Below, in pieces: positions 24,491 to 38,928 of a stretch of DNA of 64,000 nucleotides. Both the position numbers and the translations under genes were made by a program. The notes below the pieces were generated by a model. The model had not been told where the DNA came from. It saw only the letters and a list, made by a program, of their open reading frames with translations, and ran no database searches. The stretch is taken from assembly GCA_030265395.1 (NCBI GenBank), contig JARFYF010000054.1, positions 13,707,288 to 13,771,287 on the forward strand. The letters are read 5' to 3'. The stretch comes from Rhina ancylostomus. Its lineage: Eukaryota. The first letter of the stretch is position 1; the number at the start of each line of letters is the position of its first letter.

Positions 24491-25622
24491 AGAGGGATAT
24501 GTAGTTGTAGGTACGTCTATTCAGTCTCTCAGTCTATTTTCCCATTCTTTTAGATTTCAACAGATCTGTACCTCAATTTTATTACTCACCTTTGCTCTAT
24601 CTCTTAGGAGCCTTGCTGAACAAAATTTGTCAAACGGTCTTGAAACAAATTAGTTGAACTCTCGTAGTTTTTCAGTTCTAAATTAACGCTTTTGGATTAA
24701 AAATGCTTCCCCATCCCCACCCGATTTCACTCTCAAAAGGCTTACATCTACTTTAAAGATTGCACTTCCTTGCTCTGTCTTCCTTTCCCAAATTAGTTTG
24801 GCCTCTGTCTAAAACTGAATTAAGGCTGTTGGGTAATAATGAGTAATTCTGAAGACAAAACAATTTCCTTGGTTTCTTTACCATAAATTAGTCAGGTTAT
24901 AAGAGAAATATGAATCTAAGAAATTGGCTTGAATTGGGAGAAACACCTTTTGGGAGCAGGAACACATCAATTCTTGTTTCCTTTTATATGTGGCCCTGCA
25001 TACTATATACAGAGGAGGCGTCAGGACTGCATTTTCAGCACCAGTGTTACTGGAAAATGCAGCAAGTATAAAAAAGTTTCTCTGGGTTCTCTTAGAAGTG
25101 ACCAAGTTTGATTTCTTTTTAAACTGTACCATTACTGGATTATTCTCTTTCAAAATTGTTACTGTAATGTTACAAATTATGTTCAGGCCAAGCAGACAAA
25201 ATTGTGTATCTGTGACAAATTACAGATTATATAAATTGTTGTGATACACTAGAGGACATGTGGTGGATTTCCATAGGTCCTTTGGTTAGGAAGATAACAC
25301 AAGTCTAACTGATCCTTTCTTATCAACAAAATGGTAAATTATAACAGAGACTAAATAAAAGCAGACCATGTTTGTGTACAATGTAATGAAACTTATCTGA
25401 AATGTAGAATTATATAATTAATTAAAAATATGATCTGAAATTTCTTTGATATTTATCATAGGCATTCCAAAAAAAGAACCTCCCATCTTTGAAGGGAAAA
25501 GAGAAGCCAAGGTTATAGAAGGAACCAAATCCATGCAAAAGGCATGGATACATGAGCCTAGGACACTTGCTGGAATCCTTTCTGCCCCTTCTTACTTGAG
25601 CCCAACTGAGATGGTACTTAAC

Positions 25623-25706
25623 CACGGATCTGCCGCAGTCCTGTGAACAGGAGTGCTGCGGAGAGAAGGGGAAGGGTACAGAGGTCACGGAGACACCCCT
25701 GCGAAT
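25623..25706 (-). CDS. GIT1: GIT1 exon IRRGVSVTSVPFPFSPQHSCSQDCGRSV
   Basis: 84 nt, ttacag|ATT...GTG|gttaag; similar to human IRKGVSASAVPF..SCSQEGSRHT. The donor is weak, so the 3' boundary is uncertain by one codon. Confidence 0.85.
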
Positions 25707-26874
25707 CTGTAACATGGAAGGGACAGTGTAAACAATGGCATGCACATAGACATTAATGAACTTTCAAAAATAAACCATGCATATAACTTGCTACAGACAA
25801 CTTGCAGTTTGTAGAAAACTATTGGTTAAACAGTTTCATGCTGACAGTGTCAAACAGTTATCTCATGTAAGACCTACTGGCAGAATGTGAATTCTGTTAA
25901 TGCACATGCATATTGAATTAATAGAACAAAATAGCACAAATGAAGCAACATTAACACAAAGCCTTAAAATGAATCCCTTGTTGAAGTAAATCTCAAAAAC
26001 AGTATTCACATAATTGTATACGATATGATTTAATTGTTCTCTTGTCTTAATTTTCTTGGTCTCAATTTTCTTGGAGGCTTTACTGCATCACCAACAAGAG
26101 AGAAATCAAAGAGTTTCCCAACAAATGTTTCATCTGCATAAAAGTGTTAGTACATGTAGAGAACCTAGAGTGCATAGTTTACATTTGTAGTTCGAGGATT
26201 CGAACATTTTCTAAAGATAAAGCAATTTGACTCTTTTCCTGCCACCCACCTCATCACCCACTACAAATATTTGTGTGCTTACAGTATCCAGCTGCTTTAG
26301 TGCAAATTTTGTTCTCTCTTCTCACTGACAGGACCAGAACTGCCAATGACCAACTCTCACATCTACTCCTTTGGACTCCATTAGATTTCATTCCAGTTTC
26401 CAAATGGAATAGAAACAATATAGATTTCCACGTTAAGCCCACAATGAAGCTTTATAGCAACTGGATTTTGCCCATTTCCCAACTTTAGCGCATTTATTCT
26501 TCTCCTAGCTGATCCAGGAAAAAGGGGGAGTTAATTCAAGGATTAGTTGGAACCTATAATTACATTCATCTCTATCTCAATGGGCCAACCCAGCATTAGG
26601 CAATCTTAAATTTGATAAAGTAGCTAAACTTACTTAACTGAAAAATAATTTAATTTTATCTGTTAATCTATCATTTAGCCAAGTTGAGACATTTAAATAT
26701 ATAGTTAAGTTGATTTAGAGGGGAAGGGAGTTGCTGCCTTCCTGTTTTTACAAGATATTATCCATAAACTAAACAAATCTTAGCTTAGTTGGCAATGATT
26801 AAGCACTGGTAAGTTAGTAAAGGTCAATATGCTTTAAATATGAAATTAAATCCATTTTGCAAGCATAAACTCAC

Positions 26875-27093
26875 ACTGCAGTCCAAAGGCTGAAGTCTTG
26901 TGACAATATCATCGGTAGTTTGTCCAAAAGATTTCTGCCCAGATCTGGTTTCATACATGGAAACAGCTTGCCGATCACGTCTATTTGTGCTTGTATGGGG
27001 GGCAAGCTCCTGGCGGTCACTGGCAGCTGATGATGGATGCAGACTAGGAGTTTGTTGCTTCATTTGTGCATTCTCTGTCTGCAGTTTGTTAAT
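26875..27093 (-). CDS. GIT1: GIT1 exon INKLQTEN...RRDRQAVSMYE...TRLQPLDCS
   Basis: 219 nt, gtcag|ATT...AGT|gtgagt; RRDRQAxSMYE and TRLQP are conserved. Confidence 0.94.
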
Positions 27094-30000
27094 CTGACAT
27101 GTAATGAAAGAGATCCACAACATCTTAAAAATAGTAATTTAGTATCTATTCAGGCCCCACCTTCATTCAGTTATTGCATAATTTAAACATTTCTTTTGTT
27201 AAAAATTTGACAGTGATGTGTAATATATTAAAGTGCAGAGGAATAAGATTCAGTTGCCATGACTATAGTATGTTATATTCTCACAGTTAGAAATCAGTGT
27301 TTATTAAATATTAGTATGGTTGTGTACAAAAATGTATTTCATAACCATTTATATTTTTCCAGTTCAATAGCCAAGCAGGCTAGGGTTGCCCAAAACCACA
27401 CGAAGCACTGGGTAAAGCAGAAATGTCAAAAGGTGCCAGTGCAAACTCATGGGAGTTTGGACACATTTATATCCTTAGTTTCTCTCAATGGCAATTTGAT
27501 CAGGATAGCCAATCACTGTAGACAAACAATTAAATAAAATTGGTCATTGTTGCCAACTTTAATATTTGCTGATTCCAGAGTAATTTTGAGAGATGACATC
27601 AAGGAAAACCTACGTTAATACACAGATGTTGACCATTAGTCCACATCTCTATAGTTATAAACTTAATATTCAGTCCCCAACTCTTGTGCACTGTATTTTA
27701 CATCTTCCTCTTTTCCCCCCATTTAGGTACCCTTTTAGAAAGGATTTTTATTCTGTTCTATCATGATTATTTTGGATGTATAAACTAAAAATAAAATTGC
27801 AACTCTGTGGACAGGAAAGGAATAAGTTCTTAGAACTGAAATCTGAGAGAGACTTAATATTCAAATCTATTTATAACGGGTAGTTACAGGAGGAGTCATA
27901 CTCGGGTTAAATGTTCATGGTGTCTGCTTATTTGCAAGTTACTCATTTTCTGCTGACTCTCCAACTATTGAGAAAAAAAGACAGTAAACCTGTCCGCAGT
28001 GGTGGAAATCTGGATGGTGAATAAAATGGATGGCCTAACAGAAACAAATAAGTGCAAGGGCAAACTTAATCCCAGGTTACTAACACAAGTAGCGTAAGAT
28101 TTCCTGCCTTCTGTAATTCTTGACCGCAGAGATAGGACAAATATTTTGTTGAACCTGGAGGTTATGTAACCTTCTTCAAAGTCAACGTTAATTGTGAGGA
28201 ATGCTTCAAAAGTCCATGTACCACAGCAATCCACTTCTTCAACAAAAGCTTTTGTCTAATCATTCAGCTCAGATATTGCAGGAAAAAGTCGGCAAAAGGA
28301 TTTAACTCCTTAGGATATATGTGCACACAGAAGCACAGAAATCCCAAAGCTGCAATCAATTGGTAGATGCTATTTTGCTAACTGTGCTGTGTCTTTACAC
28401 CCCTCTTGACAGAAGCTCCTCAATGCTTAGTGAGAAATCTGCTGATGAAGCATCATTTGTCAATGGAGAGGAATGGCTGTGAGGGACAGAGGCGAGTATT
28501 GTGAATTTGGATCTAGTTTTTTTTAATTACTTGAGTGTTTTAAAATTATTTTTAATTGTTTTAGGCTTTTTAACATGTCTTTTAAGATTTTTAAGGATAA
28601 AGCATTTTTAGAAAGTTGAACAGTTTATGCATTTCTGAAACATTAATTTTCAGTCATTGATAGTTCTGGCCTTTGGAGGATGTGGCTTAACTGGCTATCA
28701 GGTTTTTTAAAAATCTTTTCATGGACCTGTTCTCTCCTTGGCCCCCCACAACTAATATCATTCCAAATAGATTTTTTGCTGCACAGGCACCATGCTGGCT
28801 TTCCTTACAAGTTGTCACTATCCTATTGCTAAAGGGCTCACTTTATTTTGGACAAGGATTTCAAGTAAACATAATTAGAATCACGAAGTTTGGTCCATTA
28901 TATCATTACTATTAAAAGAAAAACAAAAAAGTTATTCCATAGTGCAGATGGATACTGTACAAATATTTCAATAAATACTGCAACTAACATTTAAAATGAC
29001 CAACAATGTTCTTGGCAAACATACATGTTTATAAACACAAGTCATATTTAAAATCATATTGCAAGGCAGTGACTAGAATTACAGTTTTATTTATATGGTA
29101 AATAAAATGATGGCCAAAATGCTGGCATTGGGTGATACATGCATCAAACTGCTTTACAATCTCAGTTTGCTTTTAAAAACTATTTATAATGTAGTGAAAA
29201 TAGTAAAGGGGATAGCATTATAATAAAAGGACACAGTATGGTACGTACTCAAAGATCCAGTTAGTTGGCAACTTAAGTTTAACATTGTGTTCCTTCTAAT
29301 CATGGCTGTAAACTACCAACCTATCAGAAAAAAAATACAGGGAACTGCCCATTAATGGATATTAATGGCTTATTATTGCTGTCAAGTTTTAGTGCCTTAT
29401 AGAAAACACAGTGCACTTCAGTCTGTTAAGACCAAGTATACCACCTGGCATTTGTGCAGCTGTGCTTGTTCTTTATAGGGAACAAGAGATGGTAATAGGT
29501 TCTTGCAATTAGATTCTTGCTGATATGAGTGAGGGGGGAGGATTTTAACACTCTTCAATCATAATTAAATAATTGTACCAAAAGCTATTAAACACAGAAG
29601 CTACAACATAAATAGGTTCATATGTTGATATGTGCCCCAAAACTAGTGTATTATGTAAAACTGAAAATGAAAACTTCAAGCAACTTCATCCCTGACACCA
29701 ACTTTCTCAAATCAGAAACGGAGAAAATATTTCACACGCCCTTCACATTTGACCAAACCAATACTGCCCCAAGGATTAACCACTTCTGTAAATCTAGTTT
29801 CCANNNNNNNNNNNNCAATGCAAGTCAATTACAGGCCACACCCAGATTTTAGTTTCAAGCTGGAAGGCCAATTACAAACCAAGACATGCTGTGAATGGGT
29901 TGGAAAATTGGCAGCAAGGCAAAAGAAATCAACTACAACAGTACAGAGCCAATATTCCTGTGACTAATAGGCTACAGCAATGCTGTTATTTTTTTTTACA

Positions 30001-31486
30001 TTTAATGGCAAAGCATAAGTGCCAACGTTTTTCTCCACCATTAACTTGACCTGTGGCAGAGCTCTAAACTTTGTGTACCTGTTTTGCAAAAGTCCTGGCT
30101 CATAGAATGGATTTAATTAAGTAGCTAAGGTTTTCCTACCAATACTCTGACATAACCGAGGACCTTGAGCTATCAAACCATTAATTTTCTCACTTCTTAG
30201 TGAAAAGCAATAATTAAAAAAAAACAATTTTGCAAACTGGCCTCACAGCACAGACTATAATTGTTTATGGTACAGAATGTTCATAACGATGAGGAAGGCT
30301 GACAAAACTGGAAAAGGCCAAACTTTGTTGGCTGTATAATATCTGCTTCAGCTTCACATTAAGCACTGCACGTCAAGATCAAACACTGCAAAAGCTGTAA
30401 ACCAAAATGGACCAAATACTGTCAAAGGGAAGACTTCCTAAGGTCTAACAGCATGCAGCGGCTATGAATTTAAAAGGCTCACCTGCAATTAGCTGACATG
30501 ACCAGATGGCAGAATAAAACCCTAAACAGATGGTATTAACCAGTACAGGGACAGGGAGCGCGCTATTAGGGAAGGATTGATGGGGGGGCTGGGAGTAAAG
30601 AAAGGAATAATCTAGTGAATATTTAAGTAGATTATAGGAATCAAAGACAATAATAATTACAGATGCCTGCAATATCAAGCATCATTTGTTCATGCTCGAA
30701 GTGCTTGCTGCAGTTTTCATTCTCATCAACTCAAGGATGGCAGGAGCTGTGCTTTCTATTTACAAATCCAGCTCATTGGAACACTAACTTGACCAATTAT
30801 GGACCCAGTAGCATTAAGATGCAAATGCATTGCCCAAGGTGGGCATCAAAACCAGAATGGTAGGTCTTGTGACCCAGGCAAAGTGAGCACAAGATACAGA
30901 TACTGCAGCCTGGTCTGGAGGTGGAGATGTAGTGGCCTTGTTTACTGAAACAATCAGCTTTGTGTGGCTTTGATGCAAAACAAGGGAGGGCAATGTAATT
31001 GTAGTAATCAGCCAGGTGAGTAGTTGGATAAAATAAAGCCAAATCAAATTTAATGTGGGCAAGCTGAAACATAGGATGGACAACTAACATACATATACAT
31101 ACTCGATAAAGGATATTGAAATAGACCTTCTGTTTCAGATCTGAGTCATATTTGCTTTGATGCCATATATCTAATTGAGGACCAGAAATCAACTAAACTA
31201 TCAAACAACTGACACACAGTTCTAAATCACATCAATGAACCTGACATATACCTGAAATATTTATTTTTGACATCATTCTTTTTATCCAGATTGCAAATGA
31301 TCTCATGAACTCTTCAAAAATAACAACTTGCCTTTCAATACGTCCAGAAACAATGAAATCAAACATGTTCTTGAGAACAAATTTAACAGTTTTATTGGCC
31401 ATTTTTAAATTTTCTGATATATTTACTCTCAAAATAATAAAAATGCAACCTTTCTGTTACTAGAATCCTAATTAATTTCCACTCAC

Positions 31487-31639
31487 CTGCATCTGAAGTC
31501 TGCGCAGTTCTTCACTTAGGTTATTATTTACTTTCATTAGTTGTTGAACCTTGGCCTCGGATGCAGCCAAAGCTTTCTTCACCTCCAAATACTCTTGCAG
31601 TGTTATGGGACCATCTGACAAGTCAGATGAATCCATGCT
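31487..31639 (-). CDS. GIT1: GIT1 coiled-coil exon SMDSSDLSDGPITLQEYLEVKKALAASEAKVQQLMKVNNNLSEELRRLQMQ
   Basis: 153 nt, tctag|AGC...CAG|gtgagt. Confidence 0.96.
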
Positions 31640-32399
31640 CTAGAGATTAAAAGGAAATTTTTTTTTGTTATAGAAAAAAAATGAACAACCATTTTACCCA
31701 AGTAATGAACCAAGGCTGTAAAAGTACCAAATCCAATGCTATAGGTGCCATTTGCACCACATTAACAATGACTGAAAGAAAAACCACCTGTTCATAACAC
31801 TTCTCCCACTTGTGCTTGTTTTTCTCTTCCTTTCTTTTCAGTCTTCCTTCTAGTCAATGGAAGCATGGTTCCCTCCATTTTCATCCATCAGTTTCATGAA
31901 GGATCTCTTTGTGTTTGATTAATCACACAGGAATAGCTGCATTTTATGNNNNNNNNNNNNNNNNNNNNNNNNNNNNNNNNNNNNNNNNNNNNNNNNNNNN
32001 NNNNNNNNNNNNNNNNNNNNNNNNNNNNNNNNNNNNNNNNNNNNNNNNTTTATGGGTGCAAATTTTTGAACTAACAAATTAAGAGTGATGCAGGGTTGGG
32101 AAGTTGGTCCTTCCTGTAATGGAATTGGAAATATGTGGCCTAGGGTTAATGGCTTACAATTTGTTTGTTGACTAAATGCCACTATTTGAGTTGAACTGTA
32201 GAAAGAGGGCCAAATAGAATTGTGGGGGTGGGTAATAAAAGGCGGCTCATAAAAGATGCTTTTATTTTATAAGGAATAAAGTACAGACAGTCTGAAAGTG
32301 TGACAATGATGGTCAACAGTAGATTGTTGAAGGTTTATTCTCCCCTCACATTTGGATACAATTGCTGTGACAATTCCTCTTCCATATTAAACTCTTTGC

Positions 32400-33590
32400 T
32401 GAAAGAGTGGTGAATCTTTGGAATTCCCTACTCTGGGGGCTGTGGAGGTTCAGTAAAAGATCAATATATTTTTTGGATATTAGACAACTCAAGGAATATG
32501 GGGGATATAATTTAAAAAATGCTAAGGTAGAAGGTCAGCCATGATTTTGTTAGCACAACAGGCAAAAGGGGCAAATGGTACAGTCTTACTCCTATTTTCT
32601 TTGCATCTTTTTCTGAGGTGTTGAAAGAATATGTTGATAATTCTAACAGCTTAAAATTTCAAGCACCCATCAAAACTTGATCTTGAGTTTTTTTCCTTGT
32701 GTTCAACAAAGGTCGACATCACTNNNNNNNNNNNNNNNNNNNNNNNNNNNNNNNNNNNNNNNNNNNNNNNNNNNNNNNNNNNNNNNNNNNNNNNNNNNNN
32801 NNNNNNNNNNNNNNNNNNNNNNNTCCTTGTGTTCAACAAAGGTCGACATCACTATTGACAAAGCTTGGTGCATTTACTTTTTTTGAGTTAAAATTACTTC
32901 TTCCAAATTTCGTCTTCATGAGTTAGGAGGAATCTTAATAGGTCAAAATGTGGTCTCAAGCTGAGAAATGCTAGGGTGAATGAATACAAAAGTAGGAAGG
33001 TTATGCTTGCGTCATATAGGACATTGGTGAGAGCACTTCTGGAATATTATTTTCTCTTCGGTCCCTTTGTTTAAAGAAGCATGTTAATGTTGCATCTGAG
33101 ACAGGTCAGAGAAGATTTACTGGATTAATACCTGGAATGGGTTTGTCTTATGAAAGAAGGTTGGACAGGCTATGCTTGTACCATTGAAGCTTAAAAGAAT
33201 GAGAGGGGTGTAAGTGGAACAGAAAAGAACCTGAAGGATCTTGACAGGGTGAATGTGGCAAGAATCCAGAACCAGGGATCACTTTTCTTTTTTTTAAAAA
33301 AGGTCAACCATTTAAGATAGAAATGAGACAAAATTTTCTCTTCCAAAGACTTGTCACCCCAAGATTCACTTCCTCAAAGGGCAATGAAAGCAGAGCAATG
33401 AGGTGAAAAGTTAGACACAAGAGACTACAGATGCTGGAATCTGGAGCAACACACCAAGGTGAAAAGTTATCCCAGGAAGACAGTATAGCAGGGTTAGGGT
33501 TGCAGTCAGATCAGTAATGATATCATTAAATGGCAGAGAAGGCTTCAGGGGATAGGACGGCTATTCACGCTCCTAATTCTTACATATGTA
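32400..33590 (+). mobile_element. Cluster of CR1-like 3' fragments
   Basis: tggtgaatctttggaattc; cagagaagatttactggattaatacctggaatg; tail ggctattcacgctcctaattct. Confidence 0.7.
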
Positions 33591-35149
33591 TGTTAATAAC
33601 AGTCAAAATTTTTAAAACTCTAATTCCCAATGATTGGGATTGATAATATAATCTTCAAAGCATTAATATTATTTGGACAAGATCAAGAATTCCTTGATAA
33701 AATTACTTAATAAAATAGTTTTAAGTAGCATCACCTGCTCATAGCTTATGCTTGTGACATAACCACCCCACCTCTCCGATCCCTCACAAATAGGATTTTC
33801 AATATTGGTTTATTATATATGGTATTTATCTTGCATATACAAGTTTGGAAAATTGAAACTCTCCCTTTCACTTTTTTTTGCTGATGAGCATGGATCAAAA
33901 ATACTAACAGAACGAATGACAGCATATTAGAACTCTCAAAATCTCTATACAAATTAGCATGCATAAGAGACAAGCTTTCTCTTTTAAGTCATTCATTCAG
34001 AATCATAAAAGAATTGGGGACAATCTCAATTCAGTTCAGTGTCATTGACAACCTAGCAAGCATCTAAATAGCACAACAATAATCTAAAAGCTACCAATAT
34101 CCTTTTATTCTGAATGAAAAAATATCTAAATAGGCATATCTGTGATAGTTAAAATGCAATGAAATAATCTAGGCTCCTGATCATTTGCGGCAAGTGTTAC
34201 CTAAAATGCACCACAACATTTAAAATGGTACATTTACAAAATTCTTGCAAACACAATATAGGGGCAGTGAAAGCTGTTTTGCTTCTGTTCCTTAATTGCC
34301 AACTTAGATCTTGGTTTCATAGATAAGAAAAATAACACCTTTTTAAAAAAATGCTTGGATAAGACTTAAACTACAGTCTTTTGTGACTAGCAAGCTTAAT
34401 GGCATTTCTTGACTTGGAGCAGAAATATGTTGCAATATGTATGCACTCTATTTTGGGATCAAAAAACCCAAGTTCCTGTCATGGCACATTTATATTTCTG
34501 ATCGACTCTATTCGCACTGGAGCACAGAGAAAAGATAGTGAACAGATTGTAGCAGTGCTTAAAGCAGCAACCCTTCTGGCTGACAAGGGTTGTAGGATGA
34601 CAAATGGAATGGGGTGAACATCTTATGGATAAACAAATTATGCTAATGGTTTTCATGTAAAAACAGGATAATTTTTTCCAAAGTATCTGTTAATCAACAA
34701 AACTAATATTTGGAAATTTGAGGCAAGGTAAGAGAAAATAAAGCAAAATATTGCCAATGCTGAAAATCATCAACCTGCTTACTTGCCTTCACCCACTACT
34801 CAAAGTGCAGCAATTTCAGAGGAAGCAGCCAGCAGAACTTGATTGTGTTACTGAAGTAAAAATCTCTAAAATTTAAGCAGTTACGCAAAATATGTGTACT
34901 AATACAAGAGTTTTTTTGAACCCATGCAGGACCAAAACAGACTGAAAATTAAGTCACAGCATGAACTATTTTATTATATCAACATAAAATCATTTAAGCT
35001 GCATTAGTTTACCCTTGTTTAACGCCTACATAAACAAATATGTGGAGTGCCAATACTTCAGTGGTTAGAATATAAACAAAAACAGATGGCCATTCATTTC
35101 CTTAAATACTACTTTCCTGCACGAACCTCAAATATTTATTCACTTTTCA

Positions 35150-35530
35150 GATCTGGGCATCACTCACATATGTTGATTCACTTAACATCTAAAAGTCTAT
35201 TGATCTCTCTTGAATACACTAAGCCATTGCACCACTATGACAGACTTGGGTAGAGAATTCCAAGGATTCATCACCTCTGCGTAAAAAAAGTCTTCTCATC
35301 TTTTCCACAGTGGTCGGCCCTTTATTTTGAGATGGTGAACTTCTGTTATAGATTCCATAGCCAGATGAAACATTATCCTTGCATTCATCTTGTGAAGCCT
35401 TGTAAGAATTTTGTATGTTTCAATAAAATCACCTCTCAATTTTCTAAATTTGGGATCATAGGTTTAGTTACTCTTCACGTCACAAGCCCACCAACCCTGG
35501 ATTCAATCTTTTGACCCTTTACTGCACTCT
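35150..35530 (-). mobile_element. CR1-like fragment
   Basis: gggtagagaattccaaggattcatcacctctg. Confidence 0.6.
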
Positions 35531-36160
35531 GTCACAATTATATCAGTTAGAAAATAACACCATCCAATGTAGTGAAAAAGTACTTCAAGATTTCATAAAA
35601 CTTCTTGATCAATAATAATAAAAATTTAAATTCATGACAAGGAAATGATGAGGCCTCAAAAATTATGAACGAAATCACTTATATCAAGCCTCGACCCATA
35701 AATTCCATAAGGACACAACAGCCATATTTGTTTTACTACTTGATCACCTATCATATTCTCCCAACAATCCAACTAAGTTTTATGTTTCAAGATCACACAG
35801 CGACATGAAACAGAGTGATTTTAGTGAGGTAATTTACACTGGAAAGGCATACATTTACACTGATNNNNNNNNNNTACACTGATTCACTCAATCATGATCT
35901 TCTCTCAACTGTATGGTTGTGGAACAAGAGGAAATATTGAGAGACCTGTTACTTCAAAACAGCTGCATGAGCAAAGGTATCCAATGCTCATCCTACTGGG
36001 AAAAGCCAAACATAGAAAGCCACTTAAGACAGAACCAACATTAAAATGTTACAATTGTTCCAAAATAAACAAATATTTAAAAAGACTATTGTTAAAGTGA
36101 AATTGTCCATCAATTTCTGATTAAAAACCAAACTCCTAACTCCAGATTTTCACTGCTCAC

Positions 36161-36312
36161 CTTAGCTCTGTTGTTTCTGGATGAGGATGCGTTTCGGTGT
36201 AACTCAGCGTCTGTGTCCTCATCCGAAGCTACACTATCATAATCGTGCTGATCATCGCCAAAATCACTGTCAGGACGGTCATTTTGGTTCCGTAGAAGAT
36301 AATCTATAGTTT
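36161..36312 (-). CDS. GIT1: GIT1 exon (E)TIDYLLRNQNDRPDSDFGDDQHDYDSVASDEDTDAELHRNASSSRNNRAK
   Basis: 152 nt, tttag|AA...AAG|gtgagc; conserved DQHDYDSVASDEDTD. Confidence 0.95.
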
Positions 36313-37099
36313 CTAAATGAAAAAAAAAGTTTTGCTTGACATTACAAGTAATTTTACTTGTTTAAAGGGGTAAGATAATAACCACCTACAGGACGCAAAC
36401 ATGAAAAGTTGGCATCATTCTACCAAAAGTGCTGACCCAACACTACCCACGGGGAGAATAAATCCATCAGTATGCCCACTCCAGTCTTGTTCTTCCAAGC
36501 AACCCATTTACACACAGGTTGAACAAAATGACAGTACACCACATCTGACGGATTGTCTTGGTGAGTCTTAAACATAGTGTGCAAGGCACTGATAGTTGCT
36601 CGCAGGCCTCTGAAGAGATTAAATGAAATATCTTAACAGGAGAAAAAACTAAGTCTGGCCAGAACTTACAGCTGTATTTAAACAAAACCATAGACATGTT
36701 AATGTAAAGCTTTTTTGCCAGAAAAAAAAACTTTTCCCCACACAGGGATAACATGTAGTAATTACATTTGAACAGTGTGCAAAAGAGCAAATGTTGGAAA
36801 AGAAGCTATATTAAAATATTTAAATTACAAACACTATTACAAGTTGGCAAAAAGAATCAGAAACCAATGATATTGGATCAAGACCAATAAATCTGTTTTC
36901 ACAGGCATTCAAAAGGTCTTTGATTCATAATCATGCCATCCCATTTCTCTCAAAACCTTTGAATCTCAATAATTTTCAGGCTACAAAATTGAAGGAAGGC
37001 CAACATTTTGCAGTGGTCTGGAGGAAGAGCTATTTTCAGTACAACTATTTTCCTCAGCAGTTAAGAAATCTTCAAAAGCACATTTCTCCATTTTCTTTA

Positions 37100-38500
37100 A
37101 AGGCAGACAGTATTAGCAACATCCTATTCTCAGGGTGTGATAAAGGTGTATTTATTCATATTTGTCTCAAATGATGGATTGCCTTCCTGAACTCCGACAG
37201 TTCTCAAGCCGATGGTGCACCAAAATTGTATCAGGTGAAGCATTGCAGGATTTAGGTCCAGCAAAAGTGAAAGAGCAATGATATGAGTACTTAAGAACAG
37301 TGATAATGGGTACTTAAAAACAACTGAATTAACTTGGAGATGAACAGTAGGTCCTGTGGATTGCACATATTTAAGTCCATGAACTGGTGGTGGAGGGTTG
37401 ACTTTTAAGACTAAAAAGTGGATGGGTGCCATTGATTAAGCATACCACGTGGCCTGGATGATTTTATCTTTTGGAGTGTTCTGCTGCATCTATTGAGACA
37501 ATTTGAGAGCATTTCAACACTCACTTGATTTAAGACATGTGCAGAAGCTTTTGAGGGCTCAAGGTGAAGTCTCAGTTCTGATTTGAGAGTGAACCCTTTA
37601 CCACTGGCTCTTTGTGACATAAATATACAAATTCACAGGGTCTTTTGCAACCTATAACTATCATTCTTTCAAATCATCTCAAAACCCTATTTCCAAGCCC
37701 TGGCTTCTACCAAAGAACAAAAGCAGCAAAGACACAAGTAGCTTGTTCCTCTCCAAATTGCACTCTCTTCTTGGTTGGACATGTATCACTAGTCATGCAC
37801 TTTCACTGGACTCAAATCATGGAATGCTCTTAACAGAGCATTATTGGAAACCTAGGCTCTTCTTTCTGATCTATATCAATTTTCTGTTTAATGCCAACCA
37901 ACTACCACCCAGCTTAACCAACTTCCAAGATGCTGAAGGTGAAGTTTTTCCTCTTTAGAGAAGGATGGATTATTGAGGATAACACCCATCACGGCAGCAA
38001 GGTGGACATCACAAATTGCTCAATAAACTTCAGCTTTAGGAAAGTCAGCTGGAGAGGAGTGGAAAGGTGGCAAGTGTGTCGTGTGATAGGGGAGAAGGAA
38101 ACCCACAAATCAGGATCTCTTACTACACCTTTGCTTACTGACACAATGCATGAGGAGAAAACATTCATAACAGGATGAGTAAAGCAGATTGTGCCAGACA
38201 CCAAATTTCCCGGCTTGCACTTAAAATAGACATCAAACAGAACAGACTGAAGCAATGATATGTGCAGTCATATTAATGTTTGTTGGTCTTGCAGAATCTG
38301 TGAATTTTGCTGGAGAACTAAAAATGCTATGTTCTCTGAATGTTGATTGCGATACAATTAAGAACACTAGCCATTGCTTTATGGGGAGAATAGGATCATC
38401 ATCAGGGTGCTTATACATGCTCCTATACATCTGATTTAAAGCCGAGCTTTCTATGGTCGAGCAAAATACCATCCATTCATTTTGAGGTGGCAGCAAAAAT
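37100..38500 (-). mobile_element. Highly decayed LINE (L2/CR1-group) fragments
   Basis: Weak resemblance to the 23.2-24.2 kb family and L2-like purine-rich segments. Confidence 0.35.
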
Positions 38501-38928
38501 TGAGTAGGACTGAGTGAGAATTAAAAACCCTTAAATTGATAATTTTGCATTAACTTACAAAATCAACTTCATCTTGGCTCATAAATGTAAAATATTTTCA
38601 AAAAATTATCAAACTGTTCCATATTTGTAATCTGAAGCTAAGTTAATTCTACTAGATTGGGATGCGATGAGAATGCTGTGTAACCACTAGGGGGTTCCTG
38701 GGCTGCTCATGCACCACTCTGCCAATGTTCCCTGACATCACCCATAAGTGATATACAAGAGATTGGAATAGTTAAGAGTCTTACTGCACTGCAATGCATT
38801 AAAATATCTGAATTAAAATTATACAGTAGGCAATAAAATCAATAAATTTGAGTAAATATTTCAAAATACCCAAACTGCAGCAGAAATACCAAACTACACA
38901 ACTTGAAAGTACTTAAAAAGCTACTTAC

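Noticed and set aside
26283-26324. 42-nt exon-like unit (tgtcag|...|gtaagc) as a candidate for the missing 18-aa segment
   Set aside because: Begins with an in-frame TGA and has no peptide similarity
4160-32853. Direct repeats on both sides of N gaps (4160-4235, 5325-5465, 13332-13455, 32694-32853)
   Set aside because: Identical sequence on either side of a gap is typical of overlapping contig ends in scaffolding; these are not target-site duplications or CRISPR-like repeats
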